From contig JBDOQK010000042.1 of NCBI GenBank assembly GCA_040437565.1, positions 298,564 to 318,563 on the forward strand: 20,000 nt of DNA, in the 5' to 3' direction. Under the pieces are notes generated by a model. That model saw only the letters and a program-made list of their open reading frames with translations, searched no databases and was not told the DNA's origin. The translations under genes were made by a program, and so were the position numbers. This document shows positions 1 through 12,100 of this stretch, piece by piece (position 1 is the stretch's first letter; each line of letters opens with the position of its first letter). The stretch is from Albugo candida (lineage: Eukaryota).

Positions 1-240
1 CTGACAAGAGATCGTGGATACGTTGAAAGCGCAGCCCCGACTTATGGTTTATATTCTATTTATTAAAAAGTCTGTATCCACCAAATTGGCCCCTCACTAT
101 TTCTCTCGCGTCACAATGTATTCACAATATTTTGATTGAATGCGTGTGATATATACCAGTGTGCATTCTTTCACTCTTTACACTTTAGTAGAGTGGGATC
201 ATCAAGCGCGCCAGTTTTTGTAAGTGAGATATATTTGCGA

Positions 241-1750
241 CTAAAAGAGGGCTTCCGATGATTGATTAGAGCAAGCGCTCCCAACAAGTTCAGATCTATC
301 AGAACGGACAGGACTGACTTTTGGAGATTGCATTGAACGCTTCGAGTGCCTTCTTGTGTCTGCGTGACCGATGCTGCCAGAAAATGTTTTCAAGTCATTG
401 GTATCATGACGACGAAGTAGTATCCGATCAACAATGTGCTGTAACTTCAAAGTGTCTTCAATACTACTTGGATTCGTACTATCTAGTTTGATGCTTTCGT
501 ATTCAATGCGCACACAGTTCCATACACATCTCCGTACAACTTCGGCAATCTGAACAAGTAACTTGTAGTTGAACCCGTAAGAACGCCAATCCCACCACTT
601 TGTGACCCATAAGATGCGAAGACTAAAGTCAAAAAGTATAATGACATAATACACCCAATACGGACGATATAGTAAGTGATGGCGTAAGAATCGTTGCGAG
701 GAAGGAGCTTTTGGATGTCCCAATCCCCAATCCATCATAACATCCCACAAAAATGAGTAGACTGAATTGAACACTGCACAGCACATGAAGAACGGATTTT
801 TGTTCAGCTCTGCATATCCCATTCTTGTGATCTGTGGATACGCCCCAACTGTAATGACCAGAATGCTTGAGCCGTATTTACATGCGTTTAAAAGATGCAA
901 GAACCGATCATTTACTGAAAACGTACGTTGGAAAGCTGTAAGACATTGCATTGCACGGATGCTAAATACACAGTATACGAATACATACATCAATCACGAC
1001 GACAACAAATGAACAAAGTGATAAAGTGAATTACATGTATGGAAGCGTTGCCACGAAATATGGTAATAGAAACTGTTTGAGTTTATCTTCATAAGCGCGA
1101 CTCCATTCTAATTGGTTCTGATTCTGGTTTTCCGCGCTGATTATGATCGGATAATAACATAATAAAAGCGCTCCACAAGCATCTTGTAGGAATTTTGATA
1201 GTGAGGTGAGCGCATCAGCGATGAAAACTTGACTAAAGTTCGGCAAAGCATATGTCCCGTACTCTGTTTTTGATAAAGAGAATGGCCACACACACTCGTA
1301 CAAGTTTCTAATAAAGTATCGACGATTGTTCCGCTGCCATACGTCCCAAGGCCAGCACAATAGGATCAAAAGGGTGGCACAATAGAGCACGAGAACTCTT
1401 TCCATCCGATAGACAGCATACACCTTTTGATTATACACTTCGAATATGTAGAGGATAAACTGAATGCAAAATAGAGTTGCACTCAGTTTGAGCAAACTCG
1501 CTGTTGTAGGAATTCGATTTTGCTGCATACCGAAAATCCGTTCAAAAGGAATTTTGTGTTTTCGAAGTATGTGAATATTGACGGCGATTCCGAGGATAAA
1601 CAGATTTAGAGCGAACGGTCCACACATGAAATACCAAGTATGGTTGGGTCCGCGTTGCGCGACACTGGATGCTGTAGATGCATACAACGTACCGTTTGCA
1701 GAGTGATTAAGAAGAGGTACTGCATTATGAGATTGAATTGGTTCACTCAT
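241..1750 (-). CDS. EXS-family (ERD1/XPR1/SYG1-like) multi-pass membrane protein without SPX domain; exons 1750-1035 and 961-241, about 478 aa
   Basis: EXS motifs FSQVFIADALTSLSK, LPY..RAMQCL, HLLNACKY, YSFLWDVMMDWGL and EVVRRCVWNCVRIEYE. A GTAATT...TTTAG intron (1034-962, 73 bp) joins the two ORFs in frame as LPYIIRAMQC. Start ATG 1750 is inferred; 1852 is also possible. Confidence 0.88.
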
Positions 1751-2502
1751 ATTATTGCTTTGCAAATTTTTATTGCGACCGGTTTTATACCGTCGATTAA
1801 GTAAGAATCTTGCCACAATGAAGATGTGCTGCCTGCGGTATATTGTTCGCATGCTCAAACCACGAATCCAATAGTGCTGCTAGTGCTTGGTCGATGATGA
1901 CTTTCATGACAAAACATGTGATCAACTACTGTTATGTAGCTTTAAAGGGAAGGAGTAACACTAGCATATGTACACGATCAAGACACATAAACTTTGTGCA
2001 TTACCACGCTACCATGTTACAAGTCAGACTTCATTCGAAGATTTACAGTAATGCATCCATGCAATCAGTACGCTTATAGACGCTTTCCTATCCAATGGAT
2101 TTGAGATGTTGATGCAATACTCATTCAATCGGAAAATAGATTTGTGACGCATAACAAACCAGGCTCGGTTAATGCTAGAGTTGGAGCCGTAGCAAATATT
2201 CGTTAGTAGCTTTCACACTCAAGACGTAAATATGGACATCTTTCCATCAGGCAACTTTCAACCGTAGTCTCAGTCTCAAATGTGCGAATATCGCTCATCC
2301 TTTGCAAACCTCCCGCTTCGTAATGCCTCAAAGACGCTCCATACACTGTATCTCGAATTCATATCGACGGCTTCTACCTGCTATCATGCTCGTCTCCTTG
2401 TATCCGTAAGCTTCCTTCACCACGAAGCTTTATTCCAGCTTCTCTGACTGCGAGTCCTGGAATTATTGTATAAATAGCACTTGGCGCTTTGACTGTCTTT
2501 AA

Positions 2503-5500
2503 ATGTGCACGATGCAACAACCTTCTTTGGTCGATCTCGCACAAGATGCTCCTGTTTTTCGTGATTCCAATATTGGATTTAAAGAGAGGGATTGTAGCGA
2601 GCAGCAGCCATCTCGGCCATCTTTCAGAGACCTTTTACAATCTCGTACTCTGAAAGACATGGTGAATCAAGCCATGGTCGTAAAACGATGGAAGGAACAT
2701 GGAATGAATCAAGATCAACAAGCTTTAGACGTCATTTCCGATGCTCGGGTCAATTCAGAGAACGTGAATTCAATGAAGCCGGGTCTAATCAGATTCGAGT
2801 CTCAGCTGCATTCCAAAATGCCTTCTATCGAAGAATCCTGCCGCCAAGCACTCGAGAAGGCACCGAATCTACGCACACCTCTGGAAGTACAAGGAATTCA
2901 GGCATGGATGCTGACTAGTGGCTTCAAAGAAACGAAAGAATTGCAGAGTTTTTCACAGGAAGAGTTGGAGAAGCTGTGTAGCTTTGTCACACTTGCTCAA
3001 TATCCGATTCATCACACACTCTACCGTNNNNNNNNNNNNNNNNNNNNNNNNNNNNNNNNNNNNNNNNNNNNNNNNNNNNNNNNNNNNNNNNNNNNNNNNN
3101 NNNNNNNNNNNNNNNNNNNNNNNNNNNGAAGAATCCTGCCGCCAAGCACTCGAGAAGGCACCGAATCTACGCACACCTCTGGAAGTACAAGGAATTCAGG
3201 CATGGATGCTGACTAGTGGCTTCAAAGAAACGAAAGAATTGCAGAGTTTTTCACAGGAAGAGTTGGAGAAGCTGTGTAGCTTTGTCACACTTGCTCAATA
3301 TCCGATTCATCACACACTCTACCGTCAAGGAGATGCTATTGATGCGTTCTACTTTGTATTTTCAGGAATTGTACAGCTTCAAGTGAAACAGACTACAGCG
3401 TCCGGGGCGGTGACTGTGATCGTCGGAGAGTCTTCGAAATACGAGATTTTGGGGGAGTGTGGAATTGCTACAGAAGCGCCGCGAAATGAGACTGCGATTG
3501 TCAAGACTTTGTGTGAGCTTGTAAAGGTACCCCGAGACGCGTACTTGGAGCTGATTGCCAGTCAGAAAGATTTCTCACTGAAGGAAGCCTCTATGACACA
3601 GAAAAAGCAAGATGTCGACTTACTCGGACCCTCGTATTATCACATTCTCAATATTTTGGCTATTCCCAGAGACCTTCGTGATAAATCCAGTATCAATACG
3701 TTGACTTCCTATCTCCAAACACTCCGCTTTTTCCGTCCCTTATTGACGTCCTTTGTTCGTGAACTATGTGATATCGTAGATGTGCTGAGAGTCGATTCCG
3801 GCTGCACTGTGTTTGCCGAAGGCGATACAGGTGACTTGTTTTATGTGATACTCAACGGCTCGGTCGATATTCTTGTAAATGCTAAAGACATGCGTGGTCA
3901 AGTACAACAGAACAAGCTCGTCAATCTGACGGAAGGCTCGCATTTTGGTGAACTTGCACTTATCACTGGCAACGGCATCCGGTCGGCAACTGTGATCACT
4001 AGAGAAAATTGTGTTTTTCTGACTATCTCGGAGAAAGATTACAACGCGACATTGCGTCGTATGCAGAATGAGGAATGGCGAGGTCGAGTCGATGTATTAC
4101 AACGCATTCCGCGTCTACAGACAGAAGCTTGGACTCCGGAACTACTTCGGGAGATCTCATACGTCTCTCTGGACAAAAGCTTGCGCGTTGGAACTGTTTT
4201 ATTCCGGCAGGACGAGTTGGCTCAGCATATATACTTTATTGTCCGTGGAGAAATGACGATAGAAAAAGAGATTACGGATCCGTTCACGCTTGAAAAACGC
4301 GTGATGACCGTCGCTCGGCTACGAAAGTATCACATTATCGGCGAGGATGCGTAAGTGCATTGTCTGAGGATTCAATGCGCGCTAAAAGGACGTCTTTGTA
4401 CTGTAGCGCTACTGGCACACACTTTAATATGCCCACATACCGCCAATTCACAGCGACCGCTTCGACTCCGGTCCAAATTTTCGTATTATCGAAATATGAC
4501 GTCTATCATCGTCTCTCTCGGGTCGTACGAGAAAGTTTACAAGCGTTATCGCATGAGACCAGAGATGAGATTATGTATGTGGATCGCTTGTACAAAACGG
4601 ACAAGTGGCGTGCGTACAAAGAAAACACATTGGCAAAACATGGGGCTTTAAAAGCGTATCCTTCCGTGCATCGCCATACGACCGGTACCGAACTTGTGGA
4701 TTGCAATGACTTTCTCCTCGTACCACATGACAGAGATGGAACGCGATTGAACGGATCCTTTGTACGAGATCATGTCACTCGATGTAATCCGGAAGCAGCT
4801 TCGAGCCCTCGTCGGCAACGCGAGTTGGAATGTGCTATACGAAAGGATGAGAAGCAACAGCTTGAAGTCCTCAACGAAGGAAATCCAATGACGTATCTGC
4901 CACATTCCTTCAAGAAAATACCGACGTTGCTGATGAATGAAAATTTTGTGTTCTCGCAGCCTCTCACCCTGGCAAGTGTCAGCGTAGCTGATAGAAAACG
5001 CCATGCAAAAGAAGATTCCGTTCGCACCGCTGGTGAAGTCGAGCAAGTAAAACCAGCTTCACCAACTGATATCCCAAGAACGGGCGTCACTATAAAGGAC
5101 AGCACGGATCTCGCATTGTATCTACGGGATCTGGAAACTGGAGCAGGCTTTTATCTCACTTCACTGGACAGAATCGCTTATCATCACGAGACCAAAGCGT
5201 ACAAGATTGGAAGGAACAAAATGGTTTTGATCTCGAATGATTCACAACTGCGAGAACAGCAGCAATTTTTGTACAATCAATTATCTCGCGTTAACAGACA
5301 TGAAGATGTCTCCGCTGAAGAGATCAGAACGCGACAAAATGTGCTTTACAAACAAACCTCCACAGCCAGTCAAACAAACTCGCATCTTGGAGCGCTAGAA
5401 CCTCTACATCCAACGCCGATCGACAATGTTCCTTTAGAAAACGCGACAGATGAATCGATCGTACCTTTGGTTGTGGTCGCTACGGTGATTGTTTCTTCAC

Positions 5501-6143
5501 AGGATGCACAAACCGCTACAGGTACGACACGCTGGCTTTGCATCCATCCAAACCTCTCGTCAGAGTTGGAGACAATACAATCAGCCTATTTGAGTCGTTA
5601 TCGGCGATATGCAGATGCATTAATTTGTGTCCTTCCTATAAACCGATGGATCAGGTGGGATGAAATGTATCGCTATTGCGTGCAGATGGAATCAAAATTT
5701 GCACGAAAGACCTCGTTGCGGTGTCGAAAGAAGACACTGATGTCCCGAATGATTCCTACCGAGAACCATTCTTCTTTAGATCCTCACGCGATCAGGCAGG
5801 CCCACAAGCCTCCGCATCCAACGGAATCTGCGGATCTCCACTCTCTAATCTGCAGACAATTGGGTGTGGATGTGACACAAGTGTCATCTCGAAGCGAGAT
5901 CTCGACGTACGTGATTCAGTTTGGCTCTCCTCTTCTCCCTCACCTTTTATTACTAGCGCTCGACCGCATGTATCTCTCGGGCAAAAGATCGATGCACTCC
6001 AGGAATATCTGAAGAGTAATCGTCCACAGACAACTAGTCGAGTCACACTCCGAAGTCTGCAGCAAATGAAGAAATTTGGAGCCATTTTGAAGACACGAAT
6101 CGCTCGTGTTGCACCGGTCGAAGAGAAAAATGCACTATACTAA
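2503..6143 (+). CDS. Cyclic-nucleotide-binding (cNMP/CAP-ED) domain protein with three tandem cNMP domains; exons 2503-4350, 4407-5906, 5957-6143; about 1078 aa after removing the assembly duplication
   Basis: cNMP motifs LYRQGDAIDAFYFVFSG...LGECGI...PRNETAI; VFAEGDTGDLFYVILNG...GSHFGELALI...RSATVIT; LFRQDELAQHIYFIVRG...IGEDA...RQFTATA. Introns GTAAGT..TGTAG (4351-4406) and GTACGT..ACTAG (5907-5956) both restore frame. Confidence 0.82.
2830..3325. repeat. Exact 198-bp duplication (2830-3027 = 3128-3325) flanking a 100-N gap; unmerged contig overlap (assembly artefact)
   Basis: Identical sequence gaagaatcctgcc...ctctaccgt on both sides of the Ns at 3028-3127. Collapsing it gives one continuous reading frame. 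Confidence 0.92.
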
Positions 6144-6166
6144 ACATTATCGTCCATCTACCTTGT

Positions 6167-9100
6167 CTACACTCCTGAATGATACCGATTCGGTTGACCA
6201 TTGCGATTCCCTCGAGGTCTTGCCCCTTTACCGCCTCTACCTCCATACTCTCGACCTGTAGCTGGCGAATCGAGTCGCTGGTAATTGCTCTTGTTGATGA
6301 CATTTGATCGACCTCGAGAGCGGTTGATATTGCGGTTCCTTGAAGCACCTGACGGTAATCTGGGATTACTGCTTTGGTGCCGTAGACCGTATCGTTCATT
6401 TTCGGCAGCCATCTCTTCTTTGGTGCATAAGATACCATTTCTCCGTGTCCCTGCACCCATCAGCAGCACCATTGTCATGATACAAAACAGTGTCAGACCA
6501 TATAGAAAGATGAATCCGCCCTTTGGTATCGGATCCTTTGCCGTTGCGAACGTATAAGCGATAGGAATCACAAAGAATATCGCAAATAGTATCGGAGTCA
6601 TCACAGCCCGACCACGAGTCGTGAATAATCCCACTGCGGACGCATACGGAACAACAGTAAATCCAAGACCGAGAAAAAAGTAGCAAAGCATCGATGTCAG
6701 GCTCATGCACAAAGCCGCATTGCCGGTTTTCGCGAAAAGATCCGTCTGCGCATCAAAGCCCAGAATTGCAGCACAAAGGGCTACAGGGATGCACGTACCA
6801 AATAAGATCGACTTGTGGTTGAGTTTGTCAATGAAAAAGAACGACAGCCCCGCACCGGTGATTTGAAGTGCCAAACAGTTCAATAAGAGTCGATTTTGAT
6901 CACCTTTTGATCCTGATGTTTGCTCATGGTAGATAAAAGTATTCAAAACCGGAGTTGCTAAGGAGCACGTGATCATTAAGCTGATGCCCAATAACAGCTT
7001 GTAGGAAGATGAGGCTTCTTCGTTATTGGATCCTTCACCTTCCTCTCGTATCTTTTTCAGTTCATCGGACACATCAGGCTTTCGCCGTAAGACAATCAGG
7101 CAAGCCTCACAACAATCCCATCCTCGATGTTCGAGGACCCACAGAGGACTCTCGGGAAAGATGTTGACACCTGCAGTGATCATTCCAATCACACCAGAAG
7201 CGATAAAGCCTTCCCAAATCCACCCGAGCTGCTTGATTGTCGAGCAAAAACAATTCAGGAGGACACCCAATGTGATCCCAAAGCCCAACAAAAGCATCGT
7301 TCGACTTCGCATTTCACGCGAAGGGACCTCGTAAATGTACTGCGAAAGAGATGGAAATAGGACACCGGTCGAAATTCCTAAGATTCCGATCGCTGGGATG
7401 AGCAGTGAATGACGTGAGCTTCCCGTAGCATACACAGCAGTCATTCCCACGCTAGTGAGCAGACCGCCAATCACGATGGAAAGTCGACGACCAAGAAAAT
7501 GATTGGTAAAGGCAGACGCAACGACACCGAGCACACAGCCAATGTAGTACACATATGACGTTTTGCCTCTGCCTAAGCCTCCATCGAGGATGCCATCATA
7601 CGTAATCACATAACTCGAAAAGCTCGGAGATTGTTCCAAAGTCGATAATAAACTGAACAACCAGCCCACTCCGATGCCTCCTAAAAGTCCGATGAACGTA
7701 GCAATGGAGAGTGCGTACTGAGAGGAAGCTGACATGACTTTCGAAAAGCCTTCGTTGTACATCATCCGCGTCTGTATGATGTTCAGAAACGGGATGCAGG
7801 ACATTATAAACAACGGAATGACCAGAAGTAAGCCAAAGATATAATCGAAGAAAAACGCCAATTGCTGGAAGCAAACGACGCCAGCAATAGAAGAGTTGGA
7901 AAAGCTCCACATGCGTGCACACTCATTCAGCCCGTACAGCGCTGCCATGTAGCCAAAGAATAGAGCGATCGCGTAGCTCATATCTTTATGCAATATGGCG
8001 ACAATTGCGACCAAGTACGCTGACACGATAGCCAGCAGACAGAATGCGTAAAACGATGCTCTTTTCATGGAGCTCATCCCTCGCATACACAGCCCAAATC
8101 CATGAATAAAGCCCATTGCGACCACAGTAGCGCCTGCAGCTGCCAGCACGACCGCAACAAACATGACACTTTTCGTTTTGAGAGTGATGACGTAAAACAT
8201 GACAAAAAAATGCCGACTTTCACGTATGATCACAGTGATACGAGCAATCATGTTGGAATTGTGGTACTGCTCGAGCTCGCTTTTCCACCAGGTGACCCAG
8301 CCACCCGTAATGGTCTTATCATCATCCTTGTAATCAGCATCGGCGAACATCCAATTGACCCAGGCCTTGATGTCGACCTTTGTCTTTTGCCAGTCTAAAC
8401 CATCCGTGTTGAAAATAAATGGCGACAAGAGCCAAAGAATTGCAATAAACCACGTTGAAAACGTTTGGACACCGTAGCCTTGTGACGCAGTACAAAATTT
8501 GACCGCGAAGAAATCATCATTTGCTGGTGCTTCATTCTGACAAATGGAGAAATTTCCGTACGCTAAATAGACGAGACAAAGTCCCACAAGCTCAAATGCC
8601 TTTCGATAATGAGAGGATGCATACGCTCGATACAGCAAAACAAATGTCTCACGCGTGATTTTAAATCCTCGGCCAGTCGCTTGGTAATTGGCTCCTCCGT
8701 GCACAATGTTATTGTCGAAGAAATGCATTGTGGTCCCGACCTGAAATACGAAAAAAGCGGGTCCTCCAGTGATAATCATTTCAAGAAACCGTCCAAAACC
8801 ACGGAGTAATCCTCCCTCACCGAAATACACGCACATCAATGGAAGCATTAGGAACAGCCCGGCCTGGATGAAAAATTGCGTATTCATGACGGATTTGACG
8901 TCAGTAAACACGCGAAGATCGAATCCATACGCCACGTTTCCACGAATCACTTGAGTCGAATTCATTTCAAACACAATTTCACGTTGTACGCCGGACAGAG
9001 CCAAATAGACTTTGCTATACATGTACACAAATGTGGTAACGATAGTCATCCAAGTGGCAAAGTAAAAGCCCGTGTGCGAGTAATACATCGAATTGAGACG

Positions 9101-12100
9101 AAAGAAATCCATAAATTGCCCCATACGATGCGCTTCTCGAGCCAGTGAGGTTTCTCCGGCTCCATTCGCTAGCTTGCCCTCAAACATAGAGATTTGTGAT
9201 AGAGCGACATCACGTCCTTTACCGCATTGCATAAACTCCACATGCGTAACGATACCACCGCGCAGAGTCGAATTGAAGCCGGCAAACACATCTTCCGAGA
9301 GATTGATTCCCTTACTGGCCTTTGAAACACCTCCACGGGAGAAAGCAATCAATTTGTCAAAGACATCGGGGTGACCATAATGCATTCGAACGTATAAAGG
9401 ATCAGCCAAGACACGTTGAGAGAGCGTGACAAACACAAGCTCTTGCCACGATTTGAATTTGGAAAGGGAGGACGCATCCCCTGTGAAAATATGCTCTCGC
9501 ATTCCAATGATGGAGACGGGTTTTTTCGAAGGATGGAGGTCAGCTGTGGCCAGTAATTGCGGCATTTTGAGACACTCTTCGAAGTAATGTTGCTGATTCA
9601 TGTCGATTGTTTGCAAGTATTCCCCACGCGTGAATTGCAGTGCATTGTTTTGATTCTCCGGTTTACCTTCACCCAAAATTGGATCGCCAGGCAGTTCGTA
9701 GCGGTACACTTCGACAATTTCGTTTCGCTCACTTTTGATCAGCACCGAGTCGAATCGGTCGTCATGTCCGGACGATTTGATCGTATCCACATACGCCACA
9801 CGAAGATTCGGATATGTTTTGAGAAGATAATCGATATCATCTGCTTGGGCTTTACCTTCCGCGCGATGTTTTCCGTACACTTGACAAGCGCAGATATAAG
9901 AAAACTTGAGTCGAACAATATCTTCGAGCTGTGACTGTTTTTGTTCGGCAGTTTTGTTGGGTGCAGATCCGATTTCAAGCCAGTGAAGGATCTTGATTGC
10001 GTCCTCGTAAAGCATCATTCCTTGCACGGTCCGGGCGAGCGTTTGACCACGATACGAGGCCCACAATCGAAGCTCCATGGGGTATTTGCTCAGCGCTTCC
10101 TCGACAGACATAACGTCGACACGTTCGAGAAAGTTTTCCCACTCTGCAGGATGGATGGTTGTAAGGTACTTGAGAATCGTGATATTCTTACCATCCTCTT
10201 CCACTTTCCGGAAAATGGGAGGATTATCGAGCTTATCGCTGAGCTCCTGCAGAGAATATAACACCGACTCGGAGTAGAAGGGTGTTACAACGGAGAACGA
10301 TTTCATCTCTTTGATCGCAGTGAGCTCGGGGATTTCCATCACCAGCGACTTGAGAAAGAATCCCAATCGTCGTTGAGCTTCCCCACAACGAGGCATTGCA
10401 TCAGCTCGATCCAGCGTCATGAGCAGGTACGCACGAGTTGCTGCGCCCATAGCAGCATCATTGTGGAAGAGATTGGTAAGCCCATTCATTGCGTACATGT
10501 ATCCCCCGTTGGCTTGGACAAACTTGACGTTGGAAAATTTGGCTCCTAAATCGGGTCTGCTCACCAAATGGCGAAGATTGTTGATCAGATTCTCCATCTT
10601 GTTGACAAAGCTTCGAATGACTCCCATTGAATGAACTTTACTAGACCCAGCACCTTGCGCTTGTACTTCTGGATCAGGCAAATCCATCACAGCTTCGAGG
10701 AGATCCATGATAGAGGAGCGAAGTTCTGGCAATGTCCGAGTATCAAAAGTGGCCATAAACTTTCCCTTTTGAGCGACTTTTTCAATTTCACGAAGTGCGT
10801 CGAGCATATCTGCGTCTTCCGTCGTCAAAAGTGCTTCGAATACGTACATACAGGCATGGAAAAAGCTTCGAATTCCAGAAAGACAATCCTCTTTCATCAG
10901 TGCGATATGCAGTTGTTCATCCCCTTTTTGTTCCTTTCCAAGCTTGCCGATAATCTCGAGCGCGTCGTTCAGCTTTCCTGCCGATAAAAAGACAGGCTCA
11001 AACACGTCTCCGGAACTTTGTACGTCGTACTGCAAGATTGCAGCTTCTTTATCATCCACCAAATCGCCTTCTCGAAATGAATTGACAATCTCATTCCACA
11101 CAACTACGAATCGAAGCATCATTTGAGACTGAAATTCCGCTGCGGAATGACCGTGGGTTGCGTCATTGGCTCGTGCTAAAGCTGTGACAATTTTGTGGTC
11201 GAACAACGGCGGTGCCGCTCGAAAATACTTTGTGAATTGCTGCATGCCGTGTATCTCTCCAGTTTTCATGAAGATTCCCTGAGACCAACCGAGAAGGGCT
11301 TGGAAGGCTGTAAAGTAGATTTGTGTATCATAATTGAAAATGAAGACGATAGGAGCCCATAGAGCCAAGATGACTCCCATGTTGTGAAAATTGATCACAT
11401 TACTGCCATACTTGAGCTGCATCGAGTAGATCGCTAGTGAAGGAAGGACTAATGGTCGCACGAGAATAAAGTAGGATACAAAGGCTTTGAGAGACCACAA
11501 GCAGAGCCAATAGGCAATGTAGCGAAGTTGGAATCGGAAAGGTGGAGCCATATGACGACCTACATAACAGCTGACACCTTCTCGTGTAAACTGCGCAAGA
11601 TAGCTGTCATTGATCAAATGAGGTGCAATTGCGTATGTGAGCAGTACACCTGTTGCTGGAGTGATAAAGGCCATAGTCATCAAAGTGGCATTATTGAGAA
11701 ACGAGGTATCCTGACGAAGCGTTAGTGGCTCGTAAATCATCCATCCAAAGCCTGCTGCAAATGCTGCATTCCAAACCATTCGACAGACCAAAGCGGATGC
11801 GTACGAAAACGATCGAGATGAGGTGGTGGATTTATCACGATTGAACAAAAGATGCCAGCCATGTGCCGCCTCTAAAACCGTCTTCAGGAATGCCAGCATC
11901 GAATGACTGAACACAATTGAAATCAGCGCCATCTTGACGTCTCGTGTGGTGTACGGAGCGACAACTTGACCCATTGAACCAAATTGAGCAAACCATTGCT
12001 TCCCACCACTTGGTGATACTGCAGAGATGAAGCCTATTACAACGAGGCAGGTGAGGAACATCAAGTTGAATTGAAAAATCCGGTAATAATTCAAAATCAA

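Noticed and set aside
1-240. Possible 3' end of a plus-strand gene at the window start
   Set aside because: Too short and motif-free to support.
2830-3325. Apparent tandem duplication or frameshift within the cNMP gene
   Set aside because: The identical 198-bp copies sit on either side of an exactly 100-N gap, typical of an unmerged contig overlap rather than biology.
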